The position numbers and the translations under genes are program-made. 64,000 bases of DNA from a virus, in IMG/VR virus record IMGVR_UViG_3300007735_000793, positions 33,067-97,066 of that record, one strand, 5' to 3'. Below, piece after piece: positions 29,081-39,655 of this stretch. How positions within the stretch are numbered: the first letter of the stretch is position 1; each line of letters starts with the position of its first letter. Under the pieces are notes generated by a model that searched no databases, was not told where the DNA came from, and was given only the letters and a program-made list of their open reading frames with translations.

Positions 29081-30015
29081 TTCACCCCAAACATTTTATA
29101 CTCCACCAAACTTAAAAAATTCAACGAAGGTGTGTCATATATCATTGTATTTATCTTATCATACCCCACTTCAGAGGCATCCCCCCTATCTAACCTAACC
29201 ATATGAGTTGTTATACCATAATTCATCAACTTTTCACATATATCAATTCCGGCTCTTAAAGCATCCGAATCCAAACAAACATATACTTTGGAAACACTCT
29301 TACTAACCAATTTGCTTTCTAATTTTTGGGGTATGGTTTTACCAAATAATGGTATGGCATTCCTACGAATGGTAATAGCATCAAAAACACCCTCACACAA
29401 AACAATCGGTTCTTTCCAATTAACAAACAACTCAAACCCAATAACATCTTTCGATACCTTTGGATTTTTGTATTTCATAGGCCCATCATAAATTGCTCTA
29501 CTAACAAAATAGTTTAATACCCCCTCACTATCATATGAAGGTATGATAATCCGATTACTATACTCACCATCCTCACAATACCCAATATTGTATTTCACAA
29601 TATCGCCCGGTCTAATACCTCTATTCAAAACATAGTTAATAGCGTGTAAATATGTTGGTGATTTTCTACTTTCCCACAAGGGTAAAAATTCTTCCGGCAA
29701 TTGAAGTAGGGGTGTATATGTTGGCTGAACATCCGTTTGGGGTGTATACCTTTTAACATTTTTGAAAATAGAGTTATACTCATCCCATATTTGAGGAGAT
29801 ACATTCAGCTTTTTAAATAATGAACGAATTGTTTTTCCCTTTGCATCAGATATCCAACAATGCCATGGGTTATCACCACCCATTTTTACATTTATCTCAA
29901 GCTTTGGTTTGTAATGTTCCGCAAATGGAGAGTAAAAAGCATAATTATCCCCAGTGGTTTTTTTACTTTTACCCAAAACTCGTTCCAATAACTCAACTAA
30001 TCTTTCTTCTGCCAT
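29077..30015 (-). CDS. DNA primase (DnaG/TOPRIM)
   Basis: RIIIP, KYKNP, EGVFD, CLDSD. Confidence 0.88.
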   Translation of the reverse strand: MAEERLVELLERVLGKSKKTTGDNYAFYSPFAEHYKPKLEINVKMGGDNPWHCWISDAKGKTIRSLFKKLNVSPQIWDEYNSIFKNVKRYTPQTDVQPTYTPLLQLPEEFLPLWESRKSPTYLHAINYVLNRGIRPGDIVKYNIGYCEDGEYSNRIIIPSYDSEGVLNYFVSRAIYDGPMKYKNPKVSKDVIGFELFVNWKEPIVLCEGVFDAITIRRNAIPLFGKTIPQKLESKLVSKSVSKVYVCLDSDALRAGIDICEKLMNYGITTHMVRLDRGDASEVGYDKINTMIYDTPSLNFLSLVEYKMFGVK

Positions 30016-30607
30016 GTCTTAAATCGTAAGTATAAATATGTTTTGGTAAGTTAGTAATTATTTTTATGTTTTTATCCCCCTCCTTATATCGCCGGTTTAT
30101 CTCAACCCCATATGGTCTATCCAACATAGAAAGCGTTCTGATGTGAAATGATTTACCATCTACCTCCAACGATTTTGAAGGTGATGTTTCACCCAAATAA
30201 TTGAAATTGGAAGCGCGATAGATAACCCCACTATGCCCCTGATTTTGGTCTGCATAACTTATTACATACTCCCAATCCGTATTTTTCTTTAACCACTTAA
30301 TTGTTTTAGATATGAAATACGATTCAGCATTCTTTGGTGTATCATCCACTAAACACAACCTCCGCAATTCCAAAACCTTATTGGGGTTTGATGGATGATA
30401 TGTCTGCCCAGCAGATGGGCCGGCAGGACGAGTGTAAATACAAACTCCAATTATTTGAGGCATTCCAAAGTTTCCATCCCTAAGTAAAATAAAAGCATGT
30501 TTTGTTTGTATATTCACATAATCGGAATAATGCCATTTTTTCAAAAAAGCACGAACATTATCATTAAATGTGGTATGTTCTACTTTATATGCCTTTACTA
30601 ATCCCAT
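29993..30607 (-). CDS. Mom-like GNAT-fold DNA modification protein
   Basis: WHYS, LELRRL...PKNAESYFIS, SYADQNQGHSGVIYRASNF; start moved to MGLVK. Confidence 0.7.
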   Translation of the reverse strand: MGLVKAYKVEHTTFNDNVRAFLKKWHYSDYVNIQTKHAFILLRDGNFGMPQIIGVCIYTRPAGPSAGQTYHPSNPNKVLELRRLCLVDDTPKNAESYFISKTIKWLKKNTDWEYVISYADQNQGHSGVIYRASNFNYLGETSPSKSLEVDGKSFHIRTLSMLDRPYGVEINRRYKEGDKNIKIITNLPKHIYTYDLRHGRRKIS

Positions 30608-30635
30608 AATACCCAACATACAAAATAAAAGTGAA

Positions 30636-31055
30636 TTATCCAAACAAAAATGTTTTGGGTTCTTCTGATACCCATTCCAATGGTATCTCTTTTGCAGCCC
30701 ACTTAAATCCATTTTTATCGGCCCACATTCCATATGTAGTTTTTGAGTTTTTTGCTAATTTTGCGTTGGGGTTCTGAAACACAAATCTAATATCTAATTC
30801 CGGTTTTTGATTTTGTATCAATAAATGCTTTTTTCTGTCTGATAAAGTAAACCTACCCTTTGTTTCTATGAAAATACCATTAGGTAATCTAAAATCAGGC
30901 TTATATGTGTGATTGGTCGCAGGCTTGGTATATCGTATTTGGTGCTTTTCATACTCACCATCAATACCAATTTTTTTTAATTCATCCGAAACTTTATCCT
31001 CAAGGCCGGAACGATGTCCCTTACTCCGTTGGATATGACCCCAATTTTTAGGCAT
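30636..31055 (-). CDS. T7 endonuclease I-like Holliday junction resolvase
   Basis: RSGLE, YKPDF, IETKGRF, DIRFVFQ. Confidence 0.88.
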   Translation of the reverse strand: MPKNWGHIQRSKGHRSGLEDKVSDELKKIGIDGEYEKHQIRYTKPATNHTYKPDFRLPNGIFIETKGRFTLSDRKKHLLIQNQKPELDIRFVFQNPNAKLAKNSKTTYGMWADKNGFKWAAKEIPLEWVSEEPKTFLFG

Positions 31056-31057
31056 AT

Positions 31058-32011
31058 TTAATCTATATCAAACTTAACATTTACTATAAAGGTATTAGTG
31101 CTACTCTTTCGTAATGGTGTTGATAGTTTAGCAACAGCCATCAACTCACTATCATCATTATATAACCCAATTTTGGTAAAGTATGGGTTAAAATCAGATG
31201 ATGTTGTGAAACCCGCTCTAACATTTGAACCACTAACCAATGAAGATGCGTTTGTAGTTACATTAAATTCACCCTTACCAATTTCACATAATATACTATA
31301 TTCATCAAACTCTCGCGTTGATTTATAAGTAAAGTTGAATGGAGCCGAACTGTAATTCCACGAACCATTACCTAAAAACACATTTTGAGAACTACCCGTA
31401 TTATTCATTACAATTAACCCATGTTTGTAAAACACATAACCACTAGCGTTTTTAGCAAGAGTAGATCCGGATTGAATAACACCTGCTAAATTTGATTGAG
31501 ATACGATAATACCTAAATCAGGTGCAACATACACATCATTGTAATGAGCCGATGAATTAGTTATTTGTAATGATGTTGGTTTAATTCCACCCCAAACACG
31601 GTACATGGGGATTGATACCACAGACGCAGTATTTTCTAATATCAATTGTCGAGATGATGTATCTATTATTGTTGTGTTGAAAAACATTGTTTTTAAGTTT
31701 CTCCACAACCCATCGCGTGATATTTGTGTTGGTGTATTTGAGTATCTACTACTCACAGGTATTATGCCGGATGGCCGGGATGTTGGTAATTGAACCGGAG
31801 ATGTAGATGCTGCAAGAGAACCCGTATCACCAAATTGTGCTTTCAACACATAGATGCCAAAACTACCTGTATTGGTGTTTGTTACATTAAAAGACTTATG
31901 CGCTACAAATCGTTTCTTTTCTAAAAAGAACCCTTCTTTTAATGGTTTAAATCCAATATTGGCTACAGGTCTAACATCTGGATAACTTAACCGTATGGAT
32001 TGTTGTGCCAT
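31058..32011 (-). CDS. Baseplate/tail structural protein
   Basis: C-terminal IGLYND..ELMAVAKLS.P motif, shared with neighbour. Confidence 0.6.
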   Translation of the reverse strand: MAQQSIRLSYPDVRPVANIGFKPLKEGFFLEKKRFVAHKSFNVTNTNTGSFGIYVLKAQFGDTGSLAASTSPVQLPTSRPSGIIPVSSRYSNTPTQISRDGLWRNLKTMFFNTTIIDTSSRQLILENTASVVSIPMYRVWGGIKPTSLQITNSSAHYNDVYVAPDLGIIVSQSNLAGVIQSGSTLAKNASGYVFYKHGLIVMNNTGSSQNVFLGNGSWNYSSAPFNFTYKSTREFDEYSILCEIGKGEFNVTTNASSLVSGSNVRAGFTTSSDFNPYFTKIGLYNDDSELMAVAKLSTPLRKSSTNTFIVNVKFDID

Positions 32012-32036
32012 TAATACTAAACTTTTTCATTTTTGA

Positions 32037-32978
32037 TTAAAAATCAACTTTAACCTTAATCAATGCCTCTGATGCATAACTTTTGTAAATCGGGTTTGAT
32101 ACTTTTCCAACTGCTAATAACTCACTTGCATCATTATACAATCCAACCGTAGTAATGTAAGTTATGGGTGAATTATTATCAGCATATCTTATAGAAGGTC
32201 TTATATAATTTAATCCCGCAGAAGCGCTCACAAATGATGGATTATTACTATGATTAAATTTAGAATTTCTAGCTCTAACAAAGTAAATATACGATTTAGT
32301 AACCTCTTGCTTCTTTGCTATTATTTGTGTTAGGTTATTTGCTGCCTGACTTGCCGATGTTGGGTAATTAAACTGACTACCTGTAATTAAAACTATACCT
32401 TTAGATGGGTAAAATCGGGTGTTGGTATCAGTTGTTCCATTACGTTTTAAGTAAAGATAACTATCCAACGCATAAATACTACTACTGTCTATATCCGGTC
32501 TGAAATTGTTATCAGCCCCAGAGGCAGTTAATTGAAATGAAATAGGGTCTAATCTATCTCTGAACAATTCCCTATGAAATGCTAATGCCACACCACTTTG
32601 AACTGCTGATGGGAACGAATCTAAATAATTTTTTAATTGTAAATATGCCCTTTTAGGAGCAGAACTATTACTACCACTATTATTAAAGTAAATTACATCA
32701 AAAAATGATTGGCTGACAGGTGAATAGTCTTTATTATACATAGTTACATATGATTGAGATGCTTCAGTATCTGTGGTATAATCCTCTAACTCACTCGCAG
32801 CATCATTTATTGTAGTATCCCCGTTAAATAATCCGGTGGACACATTGCCAACATATCCAGTTATAACATCATCTGCTGCAAAAGTTTCAAAAGAACCACC
32901 ACCTAATAAGTTTGGTAATGTTCCTGCAGATACTAATCCCGAACTTCGGGTATTGATTACTATTGTGCTTCCAGCCAT
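32037..32978 (-). CDS. Baseplate/tail structural protein
   Basis: TYITTVGLYNDASELLAVGKVSNP. Confidence 0.6.
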   Translation of the reverse strand: MAGSTIVINTRSSGLVSAGTLPNLLGGGSFETFAADDVITGYVGNVSTGLFNGDTTINDAASELEDYTTDTEASQSYVTMYNKDYSPVSQSFFDVIYFNNSGSNSSAPKRAYLQLKNYLDSFPSAVQSGVALAFHRELFRDRLDPISFQLTASGADNNFRPDIDSSSIYALDSYLYLKRNGTTDTNTRFYPSKGIVLITGSQFNYPTSASQAANNLTQIIAKKQEVTKSYIYFVRARNSKFNHSNNPSFVSASAGLNYIRPSIRYADNNSPITYITTVGLYNDASELLAVGKVSNPIYKSYASEALIKVKVDF

Positions 32979-33004
32979 AATATACTCTTTTTTCGTTTAA
33001 TTAA

Positions 33005-33598
33005 TTATAATGTAGGTGCTGATTGAATAAATGTTCCTGTTGTTACTTCTTTTGTTATAGTAACAGGTATCTCAAGTCTTGCACCAGTTTCTTCACCAAC
33101 AACAATTATTCGGGTAGTTACTGTATTAGTCGATAATGTATTGGCAGGAGAGAATGCAAATTGGTCAGTTCTACCACTTACCATTCTTAATGTTCCTGCC
33201 GTATCATCCAATAAAACAACAAAATAAGATGTGTTTGAATCTGTTGGATTTGATGTTAATGTTACAATTGTTTCATTAACTGTACCGGTGTTAGATATGG
33301 GTATTCTGATTTCACTAACGTTTGCGATAATAGATGGTATTACATCTACCGTTGGGTTTAAGGTTAGCAACTTACTTTTAAATGCATAATTTTCATCAAT
33401 AATTGCTTCAAAAACAGGTAGTTGTTCTATAAAAACTCCCGGATTATTTTGCGTTGTATCCCATAATGAATAATCTATTTCATCATCCCCCAAAGCAAAT
33501 TTTGTTATTTGGAATGGCTTTCCACTTGCAATATACTGCCTACCTAATTTGGTAAGAACTGCATCAATCGTTGTTTCGGTTTTATCTAAATATCCCAT
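33005..33598 (-). CDS. Baseplate/tail structural protein
   Basis: DAVLTKLGR...ITKFALGDDEIDY. Confidence 0.6.
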   Translation of the reverse strand: MGYLDKTETTIDAVLTKLGRQYIASGKPFQITKFALGDDEIDYSLWDTTQNNPGVFIEQLPVFEAIIDENYAFKSKLLTLNPTVDVIPSIIANVSEIRIPISNTGTVNETIVTLTSNPTDSNTSYFVVLLDDTAGTLRMVSGRTDQFAFSPANTLSTNTVTTRIIVVGEETGARLEIPVTITKEVTTGTFIQSAPTL

Positions 33599-33645
33599 AA
33601 TATTTCTCTTTTTATATATAAATACAATTTAACTTAAAATTATCA

Positions 33646-36600
33646 TCATTCGGTGAATCCACCAAGAGTATCATCTAAACTTGGCGCAACAGGCCCACCA
33701 ATTGTTGGGCCCGATGGAGCACCACCATCAGTTGGTAAAATCGGACGGCGGGGTTCTTCCAATAAAACATTAGCAACCGCACTTATACCTTTTGGGTTAG
33801 ATGCAATTTGAGTCGATACACCACCAAACACACCGGAAGTATCTGCCGCCTGAAGTGCGAATGGGTCTGCCGTAAACACCTCTACAACGGGAGTTCCATC
33901 AAAAGATTTACTCCACCTACTACCCCTTGCAATTATATAATTACCATTTGGTTGTATTTCAGATGGTCGTAATGCATCATTCAAATTGGAGGTATCATAT
34001 CTAAATATTGATTGACCGGCAGTAGAACCCGATTCTATTATGTATGTTGGTGGTTCGCCTATATAACTCAATGAAGTAGCAGATTTCCATGTACGGGGTT
34101 TTGAAAATGTATATCCCGTAGGTCTATAAGGAACTACTGTCAAATTAGGGTTTTGAGGTTGAACTTGTGCGGCAATTTGCTGAACTACCGGCAGCGTTTG
34201 AGGTTGTGCCGCAGAAGCAGGTTCTATTTGAGTTCTAATTTGAGTTAAAACACCGGAGTAATTTGATGCCATAGCAGAATAATTCTGATTTGCAGTTGAA
34301 CTTCCCGGTTGAGGAGCAGGACGGGGTGAAAATCCCGGTACAGGAGTACCAACATTTGCATTGTTACCACTACCAACCGCCGGACCACCATTGGGTTGAT
34401 TGTAATTTTGTTCTACTAATTTGAATACACCCGGCCAATGTAACTTATTCCGTTCTAATATATGTGGTTCTATCAATATACCCGAATAGTAATTTGCTCT
34501 TGCAGGTATTACCTGGTCTATTTGTGAAAATATACTATCATCGTAATTTGATACAAGATTTAACAATAAATTTGATGGTGATAGGTCCTGATAACGAATA
34601 CCTTCGGATGTGTTTAAATATCCAAAATATTGGGATGATGTGATTCTTAATGTTGGATAGTATGTCTTTCTCCTATCTATTGGGTCACCAATCCATTGGT
34701 CTATAAGTGAATAATCCCCCGTAGATTGAAAACTCCAAGAATACATATGCGCATTTAATGTATCAGTTGTTGAGAAATAAACACCTAACAAGTTAGAGTC
34801 CAATGGAGCATCATCAAATTGCGAAGTTACTCTACTACTATCTGTATCTAAAAATTCTCCGTTTAGGGTTGATGATTCAATTCTAATTTTATTATTAGTG
34901 TTATTTTGCAACATCCCACCAACAAAAAACTGATTATCATGCACACTTAAACTTTGTGTTAGAATAGGACCACCATACTCTTTGATTTTTAGAAACTCTT
35001 CGGAAATACCATAACATGACATTATGGTTTCAATTGATTGTCGTGTACCTTTTGTTTTATAAATGTAAGGTAAGTTGTTTAACAACCTGCGCCATATCTC
35101 ATACTTTACTTTTTGCTTCGGTTTTACTACAACCGAACCCGAAATACTCATAGATGCGCTTGTTGGTAATATACTACCTGTGGTATTAGTTCCTAATGTA
35201 TACTCCCATAAATTAGATGTTCCATATCCATCGGCCAATTTCCACCCCAATGAGTTTGCTACACTATACAATAACTCATCCGGCATACCATCATTAGGAT
35301 GTTCCTGCCTTTCATTTATAGATGTCATTTCCCTAACAGCATTCCATATCATATCAAAGAAATGCCCCACCATATCAATAAATTTGATATAATCAGCATT
35401 TAAAGTATCTTCCGCAATAGCAAATGGTATAAGTTTTGAAAGTTTAGAACCATTATCAGCATCAAATAAGGATGCAGAACTATAAACTCCGGCATACCAC
35501 CCCTCAACCTCAGATGAATTATACGAATATAATTGATAAGGTTGTGTAGATATTTTGGGATATGGAACAATACTATTTTCAACTGGGTAGTGAGTATATA
35601 ACAATGATGATTTATACCCATTAGATGTATAAGAACCTGAACCCTGATAGTATAACCAATTTTCAAACCCATCAAAATTTGATATAAGATTATCCCTACT
35701 TAAAACTGATTGCGATATATTAACATTAGAATATTGACCTGTAACCGAAGTAAGTGTTGCAATCCTTGTATTATATTCTTCTATTTTTTGGATTTTATTC
35801 ATAAATACATCTAACCTCTCAACGGCAGATGAATACTTTATAAAGTTTTTAAAACCTGAATAATCAATGTTTAAGTTTTGCGGTTTTTCACTAAAATACT
35901 TATCTACCAATTGATTAGATGCGCTTAGGGGTAGTAAATCCTTCCATGATTTATAATCAGTATAAATTGAAGCACCCCACCCATCCAATGGTATATTGAA
36001 ATTGGGTTCTGACCAAAATGGTATTTCCAAATCACCCAATATTCTCCATGCAATAATCTTTTCAATGTAAGATTTCTGCAACCTACCATAAATACCAACC
36101 CGCCTACCTTCCTCTATTTCATCCGGTAACGGCTTGTGTAATTTTAATATTAAATTTGTAAATCCATATTGCGCATTAGATGTAGTGTTTATAACACGAT
36201 ATGGAACTCCCTTTGTGTAAATACCCAATCGACTTGTCCAATTTGGTATTGGAGCTAAATCAATGTTTAAATCCGGAAAATCGGGCGCATATACATAAAC
36301 ACCATTTTTACTATCAGATGGTTGTTGTATTAGTGTCCCATTATTTGATGCTATATCTAAAATAATTTTCCAAGTATTTAACCAAGCCCCCACCTGCAAT
36401 GCAATTGTAGTATGAACTCTCATATACCGTTCTAATACCCTACCTTCACCACTATTCTTTTTTCCGTTTGGTAATGCATCCCATTGAGCATCTAACTGAT
36501 TTAAGTTTCTAGTACACTCATTTACTAAAAACTCCGCAGCATTCAATGAGTTAGGATTTAACGCTCCCAACGCAACACCACGCCTCCATTCGATACCATT

Positions 36601-38034
36601 ATATAAACGATTTAATGAGTTTCGATGATAACCCATTATTTCTTCATATGCCTCTAAAGTGCGTTGAAGTTCTCCTTCAAAAGTTTCTTTATTTGCAACT
36701 GATATAATACCTGCTGTTAATAATGCTGTTATAACTGCAGGACCCACAGGTGTAACTGTTAAACCTACAAGTGGAGCACTTAAAAAAGCGGCTGTTAGAC
36801 TGGGAGCGGCTATTGCGGCAGTTGCAATACCCGCCACACCCCCAGCAAAATACCCAAGACCACTTCCCGGTGGGTCATATTCTTCACCCGCTGATATACC
36901 AGTTGCAAGTGCCAAACCTGCTATGTAGTTTCTTTCCCACCGTTCTTGTCTACGATTTTTCTGATTATTTATTAAGGTATCTACCAAACCATCAATATCA
37001 GAAATTCGCTGCTCTAAACCTTGTCCAGATGTGCCTGAATCAAAACTTGGTAACCCATGCCAAAAGTAAAACGGAGAATCTAAATAGTTAGTGCTTATAT
37101 TATGTGGTGGTTGGGTAAATCCGTTTGTATAATCGGTTTCGGTATATTGTTCGATATACCAATTTAAATCTTCCTTTTCATCCAATAAAGGTGGGCTTTC
37201 TTGTAATGTTTTGGTAGATGGTGGTGCTCCTAACCTCCAAAAGGCGGCTCTACCTGTTGCAGTACCGGTTTGTTGATAGTATTCGGCAAAGTAAGAACCT
37301 CTTCTACCATCCTGATCTCGATTAAATGTTGAACCTGAAACATGAACATTAACCCAAATAGTTTTTAATCCATTAAAAAATGATTGTGGATATGGTGCGT
37401 ATTTAGTTTTAGTTCCCTCAAAAAGAATATGGGATATATCTGATATTTGATTTTCACCACAATTTAATAAAAACTCTTCTTTACCAATGCCATATACAAA
37501 TGAATTTCCACCGGGTGTAAGTAAAGTTTCATCATCATAAAACTCTTTAAGAGTAATGATAGATTGTTGTAAACCTACTTGGTCCTGCCACTTATCTCTA
37601 ATTTTTACTTTTACTTCCGTTCTATCCGATGATATTTCTCGAATAACTAATTGGGGTTGCTCTACATTTCCGGCAAATTTATATATGGTGTTGTAAACCA
37701 TATTATAACTTCCTTGGTCAAATCCCATAGTTCGTAAATCCTCTTCGGGTTTGAAATAAAATAAATTACCAGAATTTTGAATAGGTTCATCATAAAACGA
37801 TTCTAATAGTATATCATCAGAATAAACATGCATTTCCTTTAATATACCCGCACTTCTACCGGCATAACCTGCACTAGTCGCTCTTAAATTTGCTCTAATA
37901 GTACCATCTATAACTGCGTTAATACTACCGGATAATGGTTCTATTAAGTTTCTATCCTTTTCTAAAAAGGTTTCACCATAGGTAGGAGATATACCTAATA
38001 CTTCATCTATATTTTCGTATCTATCTAATGACAT
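33646..38034 (-). CDS. Large baseplate wedge-like protein
   Basis: EIWRRLLNNLPYIYKTKGT motif; position among baseplate genes. Confidence 0.6.
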   Translation of the reverse strand: MSLDRYENIDEVLGISPTYGETFLEKDRNLIEPLSGSINAVIDGTIRANLRATSAGYAGRSAGILKEMHVYSDDILLESFYDEPIQNSGNLFYFKPEEDLRTMGFDQGSYNMVYNTIYKFAGNVEQPQLVIREISSDRTEVKVKIRDKWQDQVGLQQSIITLKEFYDDETLLTPGGNSFVYGIGKEEFLLNCGENQISDISHILFEGTKTKYAPYPQSFFNGLKTIWVNVHVSGSTFNRDQDGRRGSYFAEYYQQTGTATGRAAFWRLGAPPSTKTLQESPPLLDEKEDLNWYIEQYTETDYTNGFTQPPHNISTNYLDSPFYFWHGLPSFDSGTSGQGLEQRISDIDGLVDTLINNQKNRRQERWERNYIAGLALATGISAGEEYDPPGSGLGYFAGGVAGIATAAIAAPSLTAAFLSAPLVGLTVTPVGPAVITALLTAGIISVANKETFEGELQRTLEAYEEIMGYHRNSLNRLYNGIEWRRGVALGALNPNSLNAAEFLVNECTRNLNQLDAQWDALPNGKKNSGEGRVLERYMRVHTTIALQVGAWLNTWKIILDIASNNGTLIQQPSDSKNGVYVYAPDFPDLNIDLAPIPNWTSRLGIYTKGVPYRVINTTSNAQYGFTNLILKLHKPLPDEIEEGRRVGIYGRLQKSYIEKIIAWRILGDLEIPFWSEPNFNIPLDGWGASIYTDYKSWKDLLPLSASNQLVDKYFSEKPQNLNIDYSGFKNFIKYSSAVERLDVFMNKIQKIEEYNTRIATLTSVTGQYSNVNISQSVLSRDNLISNFDGFENWLYYQGSGSYTSNGYKSSLLYTHYPVENSIVPYPKISTQPYQLYSYNSSEVEGWYAGVYSSASLFDADNGSKLSKLIPFAIAEDTLNADYIKFIDMVGHFFDMIWNAVREMTSINERQEHPNDGMPDELLYSVANSLGWKLADGYGTSNLWEYTLGTNTTGSILPTSASMSISGSVVVKPKQKVKYEIWRRLLNNLPYIYKTKGTRQSIETIMSCYGISEEFLKIKEYGGPILTQSLSVHDNQFFVGGMLQNNTNNKIRIESSTLNGEFLDTDSSRVTSQFDDAPLDSNLLGVYFSTTDTLNAHMYSWSFQSTGDYSLIDQWIGDPIDRRKTYYPTLRITSSQYFGYLNTSEGIRYQDLSPSNLLLNLVSNYDDSIFSQIDQVIPARANYYSGILIEPHILERNKLHWPGVFKLVEQNYNQPNGGPAVGSGNNANVGTPVPGFSPRPAPQPGSSTANQNYSAMASNYSGVLTQIRTQIEPASAAQPQTLPVVQQIAAQVQPQNPNLTVVPYRPTGYTFSKPRTWKSATSLSYIGEPPTYIIESGSTAGQSIFRYDTSNLNDALRPSEIQPNGNYIIARGSRWSKSFDGTPVVEVFTADPFALQAADTSGVFGGVSTQIASNPKGISAVANVLLEEPRRPILPTDGGAPSGPTIGGPVAPSLDDTLGGFTE

Positions 38035-38057
38035 TTTTGTTTATCTCCACCAATTTA

Positions 38058-39653
38058 TTAACAATTATGTGTATCTAATATTTTACCAGTACCACGTTCA
38101 ATTTTAAAAGCACGCTTAGTACCACCTGCACTAAACGCAAACCACTCATCATCCCAATTTTCTGGTATAAATGTATCTGATGGGATGTATTCGTAATTTG
38201 GGTTGAACGAAGGAGGGGTATCTACCGTATAAATATAATCACCTATTGTTAATTCATTAATTCGTTTTAATGTATAGTATGTATTAAATACTCTATATCT
38301 GTTACACGCAGCACCCTTTGTATTTGCATTCCACTCATTTTTCGCAGCCTTATTACCCCCAATCATTTGCCATAATGTATAATCACCAGTATTTTTACCA
38401 ATTGGTAAAGAACCTTTTGGTCTTGGTATACCCGCGGTCTGTCTACATATTTGAACAGAAATAATTCTACCCGAAATCGCTTCAAATGTAATTAAACGTC
38501 TCACACCATTAGCTTGAAAAACAACTTTAAACTCATATGTTTGTTTTAAATTATCAGATATGGTTGCATTACTCCAAACATAGTCATTGATACCTAATTC
38601 CCAAATTGGTTTTTCAGTATAATAGTTCACACCACCTGTCCCAGTCCAATCATTACATTCATCGTTTCTATTGAAATTAGTATTCTTACCAATCATTGTA
38701 TAGTTACGTGTTAATGAAGTTGGTGAAGGGGGTGGACTGGAACCAGGGCATATATTTTTTTCTAATATTCTACCGGTATCCTTTTCAAGTTTAAAAGCAT
38801 ACTTTACCCCATTTGCTGAAAATGCTTTCCACAAATCATTATTTGTTGCGAGTATAAGTGCTGTTACATTATCAGGTAGTATTGGCAAGCTCGCAGTGGT
38901 TGTTGTATTGGGAGTTATTGCACGATATATATAATCTCCCGCTACCAACTCCGAAATTGGTTTTTGTGTATAAAATTCTTCTTCATCTCTCCATTCACGA
39001 CACGCTGCATCAGAACCCCAACTTCTAAAATTACCACCATCAGTAGAACCCTTCATTGCCCAAGTTAATAGTGCATTTGGAGGTTGTCCACCAGAACCAG
39101 CGCATCTGTGTACATCTAATATTTTACCAGTACCTTTTTCCAATTTAAATGAACGTTTTACACCACCAGCCATAAAAGCCATTCGTTTATTATCATCCAT
39201 AAATACAAGAGCCGTTAATCCATTACTATCTTTATAAATATAATCATCCTGTACTAATTCCCAAATTGGTTTAAATGTATAATATGTTTCTTCATCGGCC
39301 CACCGATTACATGCCCCGTCGTGCGAATTTCCCGCACCAACATTTTCCACACGCAATCCCCTCATTTGCCATTGAGGGAATTGGTTTGCAGTAGTACCAA
39401 ATTTACTACCAGTTAAGTATTGAAATGTTACGGCCGGAAAACTTACTTGGGTTACATCAAACGATACAAATACCTGATTAAAAGGCAATTCAAATTCATC
39501 TCTTTGTGGTAATGGGTATTCTTCATTATACGAATCTTCATCAAACTTTTCAACAAATGGTTCTAAAAATACCTTACCATATTCCAAGTTAGAAGATGTA
39601 ATTTCATATGAAACTATCTGCCCAAAATCGTTTCTTGTTATTTCTCTTTCCAT
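38058..39653 (-). CDS. Virion protein with four tandem Cys-bracketed domains
   Basis: 4x C...Y(T)xK(P/R)IxEL..xDY(I/V)...G(K/R)I....C. Confidence 0.6.
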   Translation of the reverse strand: MEREITRNDFGQIVSYEITSSNLEYGKVFLEPFVEKFDEDSYNEEYPLPQRDEFELPFNQVFVSFDVTQVSFPAVTFQYLTGSKFGTTANQFPQWQMRGLRVENVGAGNSHDGACNRWADEETYYTFKPIWELVQDDYIYKDSNGLTALVFMDDNKRMAFMAGGVKRSFKLEKGTGKILDVHRCAGSGGQPPNALLTWAMKGSTDGGNFRSWGSDAACREWRDEEEFYTQKPISELVAGDYIYRAITPNTTTTASLPILPDNVTALILATNNDLWKAFSANGVKYAFKLEKDTGRILEKNICPGSSPPPSPTSLTRNYTMIGKNTNFNRNDECNDWTGTGGVNYYTEKPIWELGINDYVWSNATISDNLKQTYEFKVVFQANGVRRLITFEAISGRIISVQICRQTAGIPRPKGSLPIGKNTGDYTLWQMIGGNKAAKNEWNANTKGAACNRYRVFNTYYTLKRINELTIGDYIYTVDTPPSFNPNYEYIPSDTFIPENWDDEWFAFSAGGTKRAFKIERGTGKILDTHNC

Positions 39654-39655
39654 TA

